A stretch of 64,000 bases of DNA from a virus (IMGVR_UViG_3300012165_000002:1-64000), one strand, 5' to 3'. Positions 1-8,944 are shown, numbered from the stretch's first letter. A program made the numbers and translations. Notes: a model not told the origin generated them from the sequence alone.

Positions 1-1589
1 TTAGAATTTCCAATTACTACATCATCAGCCAATATTTCCAAAATAACTTGTGCATTGTTATAATTTAGATTTGATCTAAATGCAACAGTTGCATTAAATT
101 CTCCATTTTGTAATATTTTAAAATTCATATTAGGAATAGTATTATTAGCAGTAAATGTTGCAATCTCTACAAATGTATTTAGAGCAACATTGGATTCAAA
201 TTTACTAGCAATTACTTGCGCTGTCTCGTTTATAGGCGCAATTAGTGAAAGGCCATCAGATACAAAAAACATTGGAAAACCTACCGTTGTGCCAACGCTA
301 CTTTCTATATCATCTATACGTTCCAATAAAGACTCTGTGACATAAGCATTGGTGCTAGTTGCGGGAATATTGTCAGTGTCCAACGATATGTTGTTATTGA
401 CTGCCATAACATTATTAACCGAAGATGCAATTGTGTCAGGTATATCAAATTCTTTGACAAATAATTTAGAATCAGAACCAATTATCAAAGCATTGTCAGT
501 ATCAGTCGATACTAATGAAGATATTACTACATCAGATGGGCCAGATTCTTCAATAAACAGTTTAGAATCAGAACCAATTGTTAAGGCATTATTGGTATCG
601 GTTGATACTAATGAAGATGGCGCTACATCAGGCACAATAACCTCTTCGACAAACAATTTAAGATCTGCACCAACAGTTAAAGTATTATTAGCGTCAGCCG
701 ATATTAGTGATGATGGTACAACATCTCCTGTTCCGCCAGTCTCAAAGTTAGCAAAAGATATTTTACCCTCGGAATTTGTAATTACATTTTTGTTTGCATT
801 TGCTATTCCTGTAGCAATAGGTTGTTTCGTTGTTAGATCATTTTTTATATTAGTAATTGCATTCAGAATTTCTTCAATTAATTCAGGATATTGATCTTCG
901 ATATCGGGATATTCACCAATAATAGTTTCATCAACATCGAATGATGCTGTTAGTGTTTTCCAATTATAATCATCGCTATCCATTATTTGTATATTAAAAC
1001 GTATTGTTCCCGACGATTTAGATACGCCATTACCGATAACCCATCCTATTCTAATTTTGTCATCAACACTTGATACGTTGGTAACATAACTAGAACCCTT
1101 TTCTCCGTCTGCATTCCAATAATTTATTAATATAGTTTTTAGTAGCCTATCGACTCCATCATATTCTCTATCCATTAAAAATGTTAAAATTTGAGAATCG
1201 TTATCATTTTGCACCGCCAACACATAATCAGTTGGCATATTGATAGTTCTGTCTGTAACAATAATTTCAGGATGTTGATCTATTAAGTCTACCACTTCAA
1301 AAGAGTCATCAAATTCTATATCACGAATACGAACTGTATTTGTTGATATAATTCTATCACTATTTGGTTGTTTTATTTCAAGAAATATATCCATGTTTTC
1401 ATTTCTTATAATTCTAGGCAAACTCCAAACCAAATAATTATCTTCTCTTTGCAAATAAAATCTAATATTGTTGTTTAAGACAAGTATTATATATTCTTCT
1501 ATATTCTCAGCATTCTCGATTCTTAACTCGGTATCAGATTCTTGAAGTGTATATTCTCCAACTAGTCGATTACTTATTAATTTTAATAT
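1..1589 (-). CDS. Tail-fibre / receptor-binding-like structural protein (3' end runs off the left edge; start uncertain)
   Basis: Uninterrupted minus-strand frame from the TAA at 1590-1592 down to base 1; absent from the ORF track because it has no in-window stop. Three tandem 32-aa repeats of the type PSSL.S.D.NN.L..G.D.KLF.EE. GAAAGG RBS at 1601-1606, but the first in-frame codon is ATA (1587-1589); first ATG at 1394. Confidence 0.7.
   Translation of the reverse strand, partial: MLKLISNRLVGEYTLQESDTELRIENAENIEEYIILVLNNNIRFYLQREDNYLVWSLPRIIRNENMDIFLEIKQPNSDRIISTNTVRIRDIEFDDSFEVVDLIDQHPEIIVTDRTINMPTDYVLAVQNDNDSQILTFLMDREYDGVDRLLKTILINYWNADGEKGSSYVTNVSSVDDKIRIGWVIGNGVSKSSGTIRFNIQIMDSDDYNWKTLTASFDVDETIIGEYPDIEDQYPELIEEILNAITNIKNDLTTKQPIATGIANANKNVITNSEGKISFANFETGGTGDVVPSSLISADANNTLTVGADLKLFVEEVIVPDVAPSSLVSTDTNNALTIGSDSKLFIEESGPSDVVISSLVSTDTDNALIIGSDSKLFVKEFDIPDTIASSVNNVMAVNNNISLDTDNIPATSTNAYVTESLLERIDDIESSVGTTVGFPMFFVSDGLSLIAPINETAQVIASKFESNVALNTFVEIATFTANNTIPNMNFKILQNGEFNATVAFRSNLNYNNAQVILEILADDVVIGNS
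440..740 (-). repeat. Three tandem 96-nt (32-aa) repeats inside the tail-fibre-like gene
   Basis: Plus-strand unit landmarks at 465, 561 and 657 (tttagaatcagaacc / tttagaatcagaacc / tttaagatctgcacc), exact 96-nt period, diverged mostly at synonymous positions. Confidence 0.8.
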
Positions 1590-1641
1590 TTAAATCACAT
1601 CCTTTCGTTATTTTATGTATACTCGACAAAAGCCGAGTTTG

Positions 1642-1857
1642 TTATTGTGGAATTAGAATGTCTACTTCAAATTCTATATTATCTATTATAAGTATACTTG
1701 GATACAAGTGAGTTTGCATTAATGTTCTAGTCACGTCTATTACATCGTTTAAATCATCGCTTTCATAAATTTCACCATCGACCATATAAAAGGCATACAA
1801 TGGGCCTCGCGTTGTACTTGTGGATTGTAACAACAAAATACGAAACAATTTTATCAC
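1642..1857 (-). CDS. Hypothetical protein (71 aa)
   Basis: ORF-track frame, 1-nt gap to the upstream gene; hairpin ACTCG/CGAGT (1621-1638) downstream. No motif recognised. Confidence 0.55.
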   Translation of the reverse strand: MIKLFRILLLQSTSTTRGPLYAFYMVDGEIYESDDLNDVIDVTRTLMQTHLYPSILIIDNIEFEVDILIPQ

Positions 1858-1858
1858 C

Positions 1859-2344
1859 TCAATCTTTAATTTTTACATATTTCTCTTTGCCAAAAATATT
1901 TTTTTTGAGCATTTTAGTCTCGCCATCCTCAACAATAAACTCCGGCTTTAAATTACCATCATAAGTTACTATATCGAATGTTTGTTCTGGTACAACTTCC
2001 TCAACATCAGACATAATAGTAACTTCTTCTTTGGATATTTCTGCGATTTGCGTTTTAAGCCCCTCTTCCAATTTTTGTATTTGTGCATATATTATTTTTA
2101 TATTTTCATTTAGATTCAACATATTATTATTGACATTGCTTACTGTCGAAGTCAAAAATTCAATATTCGTTGTCTCTAATGGCAATTCTGTTGTATTGGG
2201 TGATGCAGTTGTAGTATTTATGGCTTGTGGTGTATTTAATTCAGCAATAAACATTGGATTACGATTGTATTTGCACCGACTATTTCTACAGACAATGCAT
2301 AAGCGTGGATCGCAATGGTTGGGTACATTATTATAATCGGGCAT
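1859..2344 (-). CDS. Hypothetical protein (161 aa), N-terminal Cys cluster
   Basis: ORF-track frame; CDPRLCIVCRNSRC near the N-terminus, coiled-coil-like middle. The antisense ORF 2031..2336 is judged spurious. Confidence 0.6.
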   Translation of the reverse strand: MPDYNNVPNHCDPRLCIVCRNSRCKYNRNPMFIAELNTPQAINTTTASPNTTELPLETTNIEFLTSTVSNVNNNMLNLNENIKIIYAQIQKLEEGLKTQIAEISKEEVTIMSDVEEVVPEQTFDIVTYDGNLKPEFIVEDGETKMLKKNIFGKEKYVKIKD

Positions 2345-2364
2345 TAAACATCAACTTTCATAAT

Positions 2365-2580
2365 TTATTTTGATTCAGATAATTCTTTTTCTTGTATTTT
2401 TGTTAATTCTAATTCAAATTTTTCAAGATCAGAAACTTTAACATCTTCTACGTCCATTAAATTCGTGTAAATTTCAACTAAATAATTTAAATATTGCGCC
2501 GTATTAGGATGTATGGGCTGATTTTTATAAGCTTTAATATGATTACGAATATTTAACAAGAATTCATGCATCAATATCAT
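2365..2580 (-). CDS. Hypothetical protein (71 aa)
   Basis: ORF-track frame in the same-strand gene string; no motif recognised. Confidence 0.5.
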   Translation of the reverse strand: MILMHEFLLNIRNHIKAYKNQPIHPNTAQYLNYLVEIYTNLMDVEDVKVSDLEKFELELTKIQEKELSESK

Positions 2581-2661
2581 TCCCTTAAAAGATTGCCCCT
2601 AATAATAAATAGAGGCAATCGACATATAATTTAATATGTATAAAATAACTTATTTCAGTGT

Positions 2662-3216
2662 TTATTTCTTGCGCTGAATTTTATCATGAACTTGTTGTTC
2701 ATTTTCCATAATAAAACAACTATCCCATTGGTATTTATCATATTTACTCTCAAGTTTGTTTAACCACTTAATAGCTTTTGTATGTTTGCAAGCCATTTTT
2801 GTCATCATTGTATAATCAAACGCATGATCAAGTTGTAGATCTTTACATGCTTCGCCAAGTATTTTTAATGTCTCTTTTTCCCACTCTTTCATCGTCAGCA
2901 TGATTTTTTTTACTTTTTCAACAAATGTATCGGCACTTATTGATAATGGGCTTACATTAATTTCATCCACCTTCATTAATAAGGCATCAACATACTTCAT
3001 ATTAGGAACAATACCAACTTCATGTATTGATATTCCATAATGCTTCAAATGTTTGTAGTTGCACATAGACTTTTCTGATAACTTTAATAGCTTTCTTTTT
3101 AATCCTAACGCATTAACCACATATGCTGCCGTAGAAAGCTTGTCATATGCCAAAGCACAAGCATATTCTCTGTCCATAACACGCTGATATGCACTCTTTG
3201 CTTTATTGTTGTCCAT
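2662..3216 (-). CDS. Hypothetical protein (184 aa)
   Basis: ORF-track frame; GGGGTGACTG-type RBS upstream; no motif recognised. Confidence 0.6.
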   Translation of the reverse strand: MDNNKAKSAYQRVMDREYACALAYDKLSTAAYVVNALGLKRKLLKLSEKSMCNYKHLKHYGISIHEVGIVPNMKYVDALLMKVDEINVSPLSISADTFVEKVKKIMLTMKEWEKETLKILGEACKDLQLDHAFDYTMMTKMACKHTKAIKWLNKLESKYDKYQWDSCFIMENEQQVHDKIQRKK

Positions 3217-3228
3217 CGACAGTCACCC

Positions 3229-3630
3229 CTATTCTGTTACTGCGGCAGTAGCAGCAGCAGCCACAACTTCTGGAGTTATGATTGATTGACAGAATAATTC
3301 ATTTAATAAAGTGAAGTGTGGTGTCACTGTTACTGGAGCGCCATTTGTAACATTACTAAACCTTAAGCATAGAAGTTCTCTCCTGCGTAAACGTCCTATT
3401 CTAACAGGGTTTCCAAACCTATCTAACACTGGAAATGAAGATGTACCAATACTTATAAGTAAAGGTTCGGTACCAGTAGCATCTTGGAACCTAACACAAT
3501 AACGCAATTTGTACACACATGTATTCATAAATGTTTCAGGAACAACAGTGAGTGTTGCCGATGTTCCCTGAACTAATGTTGCATTTACTAATTGTAAATT
3601 ATTACAACCAAATCCACAATCACAATTCAT
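3229..3630 (-). CDS. Hypothetical Cys-rich protein (133 aa)
   Basis: Start moved to ATG 3630 behind GAGGAGGAAAAATAT. The track start at 3687 has no RBS. N-terminus MNCDCGFGCNN, Ala-rich C-terminus. Confidence 0.55.
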   Translation of the reverse strand: MNCDCGFGCNNLQLVNATLVQGTSATLTVVPETFMNTCVYKLRYCVRFQDATGTEPLLISIGTSSFPVLDRFGNPVRIGRLRRRELLCLRFSNVTNGAPVTVTPHFTLLNELFCQSIITPEVVAAAATAAVTE

Positions 3631-3739
3631 ATATTTTTCCTCCTCAAAAAAAATAGGAGTGGATAATATCTCCACTCCTATAAGCACACGCTCTAAGCGG
3701 GATATTAAATATATAAAATATGTATAAAATTTTTAACTG

Positions 3740-4639
3740 TTAGATACAGCCGCAGCAACCGCAGCCATCCCTAAATCCATCTCTACGTCCGTCAAATCCA
3801 CGTCCGTCAAATCCAAATCCATTTCCACAGCCCCAAGGATTGCATGAAGGGTAAGCAGGAATTGGGCATGGGCGAAGTTGGTTTACAAGGAAACTGTTTT
3901 GCATTAATTGACTGTTTTCAAATCTCTGATCTTGTAATTTGTCACGAAGTTCCTGAATCTCATTACATGTCATTTTGTCAATTACTCTTTGTGCATTTGC
4001 AGTATCGTTTGCCATAATTTCGCACTTGTTCTGTTGTGCTTCAAATCTTACTTGATCTAAGCCACGTTGTGTAGCACAGCAGCATTCTGCGAGTTGTTTT
4101 TCAAGCCCACAAGTAGCCAACTGATTGTCAAAACGAAGCTGATCTATGTTGCGATTGATTCCACAAGATTCTTGTGCAGTGTTGAACCGAAGCTGATCGA
4201 TGTTACCATTGGTTTTGCAGCAGCATTCAATAGCCTCTATTTCGGCATCTTTTAAACCAATTGCTGTATTGAAAAAGCCTTGGGCAGTTTGTGCACCTAA
4301 TGCACTGATATTGTTGTTAATGTTTTCTGTAGTATCACAAATTTCTTTGAAGATACTTTGTTGGAATGTTGCATTAGCATTGCGATCAATTGCGTTGTTT
4401 GTTTCGTTGAAACGGCTATTCATCGTGGTATTGATGAATTCTAGTTCTTTTTCTGCTGTGTGATTGTTGTTTTCGAAATGATGTCCACCACCATCGAAAC
4501 CATCTCTACCGAAACCGCGACCACCGAGAAGAGCTAGGAGCAAAATCGCCCAAATTCCGCTGCCACCGCCAAAGCCGCCGTCACAACCACCATATCCGCC
4601 TCCAGTTGCGATCATGGGAATTCCACCTACGTCAACCAT
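3740..4639 (-). CDS. Gly/Cys-rich membrane-anchored protein with internal IDQLRF repeats (299 aa)
   Basis: N-terminal GGGYGGCDGGFGGGSG, one hydrophobic helix IWAILLLALLGG, three (N/G)(I/L)DQ(L/V)RF repeats flanked by CCC/C motifs, C-terminus GFGFDGRGFDGRRDGFRDGCGCCGCI. GGAGG RBS. Confidence 0.7.
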   Translation of the reverse strand: MVDVGGIPMIATGGGYGGCDGGFGGGSGIWAILLLALLGGRGFGRDGFDGGGHHFENNNHTAEKELEFINTTMNSRFNETNNAIDRNANATFQQSIFKEICDTTENINNNISALGAQTAQGFFNTAIGLKDAEIEAIECCCKTNGNIDQLRFNTAQESCGINRNIDQLRFDNQLATCGLEKQLAECCCATQRGLDQVRFEAQQNKCEIMANDTANAQRVIDKMTCNEIQELRDKLQDQRFENSQLMQNSFLVNQLRPCPIPAYPSCNPWGCGNGFGFDGRGFDGRRDGFRDGCGCCGCI

Positions 4640-4753
4640 TTTAAAACCTCCTATTTTATAAAGTTTACAAAATATATAAGAAGCTCCAACATTAATTGAA
4701 GCTTATTATCAATTTAATTATAAAATGTATAAAATTTAGAAGTTCTGTTTATA

Positions 4754-5485
4754 TCAATTAGTCATTTCAATATCAGATGCATATTTCCAAATATACCCAT
4801 GATGAGTTTTCTGTTTTCCTTTACAGCACTTAGCAATATGTGACCAATCATGTCCATCGATCAATGTATCTTTCATAGTATCCCATCTTTTTATATAATT
4901 CATATCTTTATCATATTGAATAACTGGCTTTGCATTTGCTTCTCTGATTTTATATTTTGTTTCATCGCTATGATGTTTACCATAAAATCCATTTTCAATT
5001 CCATATAACCCATTCATATACCTAGGATTATCTTTACCATAAAAATGTTTCCCGTAAAAATAATTATCTTTACCATAAAGGCGTTTTCCATAAAAATAAT
5101 TTTTTTCACCTACATACAAACCTCTATTTTTCTTTGTTTTACTCATTTGTTGTTTGCTTTTTTCTGAATGTTTAAATCCACGACTTCCATATCCACCGAG
5201 GCTCATATTATATCCATTAATATAAGCATCATATTTATCTATATAATAAATCTCCAATTCATTTAATTTGTTTTCATTACAACATTCTAATATTGTAAAT
5301 TCAAAATTTTCATTACCATATTTGTTCCATGAATATTGGAGATGTTTATTATCATGTCTATTGTCATTTAAGTCCATTTTATGATGTCTCCATCTATCTT
5401 CAATATCGATACTCTGTCCTACATAAATTTTACCATTTAGCATATTTTGTATTTTATAAATCCCACATATTTTTTCTATTGCCAT
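4754..5485 (-). CDS. Free-standing GIY-YIG homing endonuclease (I-TevI-like)
   Basis: N-terminal GIYKIQNMLNGKIYVGQSIDIEDRWRHH (GIY-x10-YVG), repeated N.FYGK (NUMOD3-like) motifs, C-terminal HHGYIWKY. Sits alone between unrelated genes. Confidence 0.85.
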   Translation of the reverse strand: MAIEKICGIYKIQNMLNGKIYVGQSIDIEDRWRHHKMDLNDNRHDNKHLQYSWNKYGNENFEFTILECCNENKLNELEIYYIDKYDAYINGYNMSLGGYGSRGFKHSEKSKQQMSKTKKNRGLYVGEKNYFYGKRLYGKDNYFYGKHFYGKDNPRYMNGLYGIENGFYGKHHSDETKYKIREANAKPVIQYDKDMNYIKRWDTMKDTLIDGHDWSHIAKCCKGKQKTHHGYIWKYASDIEMTN

Positions 5486-5702
5486 TTCAAACCTCCGATT
5501 AAGTTTAATGATTTATTATAAATCTACAATATCATAAGGCAAATCATTTGTCAAGAATTATTTCAAATTTATTTTTATATATCTAAAAGTGGACAATCAT
5601 AAATAAATCGGTATTCACAATCATTTTACATATACAGAATAAAACCACTATGTATGCCTCCCTCTGGTACGCATATTAAGAGGCGTAGGGAGTCCTATTA
5701 CC

Positions 5703-5975
5703 TTACTTTGAACTTAAAAATTCATAAGCAGCTTTTAAAGCAGGAAACTGAGCACTATCAACAGCTGTACCTTCTTTTGAATTGCCTTTAATGTAAACTT
5801 TGTCAATGCTTTCCATAGTTAATTCGGTCTTACCATCAAAACTAGGCCATCCATGAAGTGCAAAAATTTCAGGAAAATCCTTAATTGCTTTGTTATACTT
5901 AGCAAACTTAATGGCGGTATCAACATTATTAGTCGCATGTAGTGTCTTATACTGGTCTAGGTAACAATAACTCAT
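5703..5975 (-). CDS. Hypothetical protein (90 aa)
   Basis: ORF-track frame, AAGGAGTGAATTAA RBS; no motif recognised. Confidence 0.6.
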   Translation of the reverse strand: MSYCYLDQYKTLHATNNVDTAIKFAKYNKAIKDFPEIFALHGWPSFDGKTELTMESIDKVYIKGNSKEGTAVDSAQFPALKAAYEFLSSK

Positions 5976-6082
5976 TTAATTCACTCCTTAAAATATAATT
6001 ATATTTATATAAAAATAAGTTTAACTTATTTCAATATCATTTAAAATTTCAAATGTATGTATAAAATGTTTAAAATATATTA

Positions 6083-6343
6083 CTATTTCATTTGTTGATT
6101 TCCTTGTAAATAAGGTAAATACTGCTGCATCATCTGATTTGCATCCACTCCAAGCGATTTACATGTATTCATAAATACCTGCTGTTGCTCTTCTGGCGTT
6201 TTTCCATTCATCATTTGTTGCACTTGTGGCATATATTGATTTAGCTGTTGAAATTGAGGATTACTCTGCAACATTTGGTTTATCATTTGATTTGGATTTT
6301 GACTTCCCGTTGTCGCTTGTAACAGTTGTGCTATTAGATCCAC
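6083..6343 (-). CDS. Gln/Met/Asn-rich small protein (86 aa)
   Basis: GTG start at 6343, 7 nt after AAGGAGGAG. Overlaps the 3' 83 nt of the upstream gene in another frame. Repeats of the type Q..NPQ..Q. Confidence 0.5.
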   Translation of the reverse strand: MDLIAQLLQATTGSQNPNQMINQMLQSNPQFQQLNQYMPQVQQMMNGKTPEEQQQVFMNTCKSLGVDANQMMQQYLPYLQGNQQMK

Positions 6344-6890
6344 TGCCTAACTCCTCCTTTAAGTTTTTTATTTCATTTTGTAAATTATTTATTCTTTCAT
6401 ATAGCTCTGAAACTTCGCCTTTTTCTGCGTATTCTTTGGGAACTTCAACAACTGGCTCGCTTTCATCTAATATATATGTGTTAAAAGCAGGATTTCCATT
6501 ACTATCTATATTTTTTGTATAAATCCGTTTATTTTGTACACTTGGAAACACATATAAAGAAAGGTCTTCTAATACAGCCCCCCTTGCCTCCTCTTCATTT
6601 GTAACTTGTCTGCCTCTAACATAAGAAGGTTGTTGCTGAACTTGAGGAACGGCTTGCGGTTGCTGTACGACCGGCTGTTGATATTGCTGTACTGGTTGCG
6701 CAACCTGTGGTTGTTGATACTGTTGCGCTGGCTGTTGCTGATATTGCTGCATTTGTTGTGGCATAGGCTGTTGCGCATTTTGATTAAAATAGCCTGGATA
6801 TTGTTGTTGTAATTGTGCCATTCGTTGTTCATATGATTCCATAGGCGAGTTATATCCATAACCATTGCCATAAGGACTGTTTACTGCCAT
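6261..6890 (-). CDS. Protein with about 95-aa Gln/Pro-rich N-terminal low-complexity region (209 aa)
   Basis: ORF-track frame; QQQYPGYFNQNAQQPMPQQMQQYQQQPAQQYQQPQVAQPVQQYQQP, then a globular part, a short coiled coil and a Ser/Lys tail. GGAGAAGATTT RBS. Confidence 0.65.
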   Translation of the reverse strand: MAVNSPYGNGYGYNSPMESYEQRMAQLQQQYPGYFNQNAQQPMPQQMQQYQQQPAQQYQQPQVAQPVQQYQQPVVQQPQAVPQVQQQPSYVRGRQVTNEEEARGAVLEDLSLYVFPSVQNKRIYTKNIDSNGNPAFNTYILDESEPVVEVPKEYAEKGEVSELYERINNLQNEIKNLKEELGSGSNSTTVTSDNGKSKSKSNDKPNVAE

Positions 6891-6936
6891 AAATCTTCTC
6901 CTTTTTTTTTAAAATTCATAGCGAACTATGTAAAAA

Positions 6937-7008
6937 CTCTTTGGGCAGGACTCGAACCTACAACTTACGGATTAACAGTCCGTCGTTCTACCATTGGACT
7001 ACCAAAGA
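6937..7008 (-). tRNA. tRNA-Asn (anticodon GTT)
   Basis: Reverse complement folds as a cloverleaf: acceptor TCTTTGG/CCAAAGA, anticodon arm ACGGA-CTGTTAA-TCCGT, T arm GTAGG-TTCGAGT-CCTGC. CCA not encoded. Confidence 0.85.
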
Positions 7009-7014
7009 ATATTT

Positions 7015-7097
7015 AAGGGCGGTGATGGATTTGAACCACCGTGCCTTTCAGTCGTGATTTACAGTCACGCGCAATCGACCGCTCTGCCAACCGCCCT
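7015..7097 (-). tRNA. tRNA-Tyr (anticodon GTA), long variable arm
   Basis: Reverse complement: acceptor AGGGCGG/CCGCCCT, anticodon arm CGTGA-CTGTAAA-TCACG, long variable arm, T arm GGTGG-TTCAAAT-CCATC. CCA not encoded. Confidence 0.8.
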
Positions 7098-7212
7098 TAT
7101 GCCAGTAAGCATGGAAACTTACCATAACTGTTATTTGGAGGCTCGCAAATTGAATTCTCCACAAGCCATGCGCATCTCAGCGTTATATGTAGGGGTATAG
7201 ACCCCATCATAT

Positions 7213-7497
7213 CTATTCAAAATTTACATAATCGCTTCGCCTATATCCCAGCACAGCTCTATCGTCACTCTCAAAAGGTGCTCCATTTATCATTCCAGAT
7301 TTTCCCTTTATGATCCTCTTAAAGAATGTACAAAACTTATATACTGGAAATTCATTTCCCTTTCCCACTTCATCAACAATTGTGTCAAACACAGTATTCA
7401 TTGCAGTTAGCGTTTCTTTTTTGGTTAATTTAATACCATTCTCCAAAAAATTCTCCTGCAAAATATTAATTTGCTCTGATTTTTTTAACCTACTCAT
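7213..7497 (-). CDS. HU/IHF-family histone-like DNA-binding protein
   Basis: 94 aa. Helical N-terminus LTKKETLTAMNTVFDTIVDEVGKG followed by a beta-arm-like FCTFFKRIIKGKSGMINGAPFESDDRAVLGYR, matching HU-family layout and length. Confidence 0.6.
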   Translation of the reverse strand: MSRLKKSEQINILQENFLENGIKLTKKETLTAMNTVFDTIVDEVGKGNEFPVYKFCTFFKRIIKGKSGMINGAPFESDDRAVLGYRRSDYVNFE

Positions 7498-7547
7498 TTT
7501 TTCTCCTTTTAATCGGCTTGCTGATTTTTCCAGTCAAGACTTATGAT

Positions 7548-8687
7548 TTATACTAATTTCAGTATGCGAATGTCATCCATGCAATCATCTTCAGAAACTA
7601 TAAACAAGTTTTGAGATGGATTACTCGTCTTCCTTAGATCTTTGCTATGCATATCAACACCCGACAAACAGCCATTTGCAAATACATAGCTTCCATGCAC
7701 TTCATCACTCGAAACGTGATGATAATGGGCAGTAAAGGCCGCATCATAAAATCTTTTAGTCATCAATGATAAATTCTGTATTATATTTGTAATCTTATCT
7801 TTGTGACCATGTGTTGCTAAATAATTCCAACCATATACTTCAAATGTGCAAATTTCATTATCAAATTCATTTTTACATATTTTTATATCCGTATCTTTTA
7901 ATCTAACTTCCAAAAACCAATCTATGAGCAAACTGAAATTTTCTTTATCCAAACTTTGCTTTTTATCTGCAATTGCTCTTGAATGATTGTCTAGCGTGCT
8001 ATAATATTCAATCTCGACATATTTACTCAATTCTACTAATAATTCAGCCAGAGTTTCTGAAACTGTCATTATTTGCACAATTAAGTCTTCCCTATTTTGT
8101 AATCTAATGGTCGAATGTATTATGCCAGAGATTAAATCATTTAGATTTACAATATATAGCTTTTCGAGTTTATGAAGCTTGATTGTATCTACCGTCTTTT
8201 GCATTAGTTGATTTATTCTATTTTTAAAAATATCTACATTATACTTATTTACAAAATTGTCTATTTCAATCCCAAAGTGCCAATCTGAAAGCACTAATAT
8301 CCCCGATTTTTTAGTATCATACAATCTATCATATTCAAAATTTAGAAAAGGAATATTGTCATTAAAAGTCTTTGCCATATCTACAGCTATCTCTTTTAAG
8401 CTTTCAAATCTTGATATATCTCTTAATTGCTGATTTATATGAGTTTTGCAATCAAATAATTTATATCTTTCTTTTTGCAATTCGTATTTTTTCATATCAA
8501 TATCATCAATATATTCCTGATCGTTTAACATATGCTTAAATACATTGTCATAATATTTGACTGCCATTTGATACTGTTTTCTATGTGCAGATTCTGTAAG
8601 GTAATCAGACTCATCTTCAAATAATTCGTGGTTAAACAAATCTCCAACTTGCTTCCATGTCATATCAAGCTGCTGATTATCATACAT
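7548..8687 (-). CDS. Calcineurin-like metallophosphoesterase (Mre11/SbcD-type fold); true start may lie upstream
   Basis: Motif series LVLSDWHFG (DxH), NLNDLISG, LDNHS, ATHGH, AHYHH. The frame stays open for 41 codons upstream of ATG 8687 with no ATG/GTG/TTG; an ATA lies 10 nt after AAGGAAGAAG. Confidence 0.7.
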   Translation of the reverse strand: MYDNQQLDMTWKQVGDLFNHELFEDESDYLTESAHRKQYQMAVKYYDNVFKHMLNDQEYIDDIDMKKYELQKERYKLFDCKTHINQQLRDISRFESLKEIAVDMAKTFNDNIPFLNFEYDRLYDTKKSGILVLSDWHFGIEIDNFVNKYNVDIFKNRINQLMQKTVDTIKLHKLEKLYIVNLNDLISGIIHSTIRLQNREDLIVQIMTVSETLAELLVELSKYVEIEYYSTLDNHSRAIADKKQSLDKENFSLLIDWFLEVRLKDTDIKICKNEFDNEICTFEVYGWNYLATHGHKDKITNIIQNLSLMTKRFYDAAFTAHYHHVSSDEVHGSYVFANGCLSGVDMHSKDLRKTSNPSQNLFIVSEDDCMDDIRILKLV

Positions 8688-8785
8688 CTGACCAATGCGC
8701 CATATATATTGCTCTTTATTTTCGTTTGATCTCTTTTTTAATTCATTAATTTGAAAATCACCACACTTATTTAAAATTTTTTGTT

Positions 8786-8944
8786 TTATTCTTGAGTAAC
8801 TTCTTCCTTGAAGTCTACACAGTCCAACATTTTTATATCAACGCCTATAAATCCCTTAATTTCGTTATCGAATTTGTTAATTACTTTGAGCTTATTGCAA
8901 ACATACAGATGATCACAGTTATCACAAAGTTTGCTTTCTATCAT
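8786..8944 (-). CDS. Hypothetical small protein (52 aa)
   Basis: ATG 8944 preceded by AAAGGAGAAAATTATAT; MIESKLCDNCDHLYVCNK. Below the ORF-track size cut-off. Confidence 0.5.
   Translation of the reverse strand: MIESKLCDNCDHLYVCNKLKVINKFDNEIKGFIGVDIKMLDCVDFKEEVTQE

Noticed and set aside
349-894. 181-aa plus-strand ORF in the track, and similar antisense ORFs (e.g. 2031..2336, 4067..4463, 6226..6522, 14523..14783, 15923..16789, 17234..17530, 21101..21394, 22881..23324)
   Set aside because: They lie antisense to longer, motif-bearing or RBS-supported minus-strand genes. They have no RBS and encode low-complexity or hydrophobic nonsense typical of the complement of AT-rich coding DNA.
7098-7212. 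Possible third tRNA or tRNA-like minihelix next to tRNA-Tyr
   Set aside because: On the minus strand there is a 7-bp hairpin GGCTTGT/GCGAGCC followed by TCCA, and a second hairpin GTAAG/CTTAC. I could not fold a cloverleaf (no D or T arms, no anticodon arm). It may be a processing or terminator structure. tRNAscan-SE or ARAGORN would settle it.
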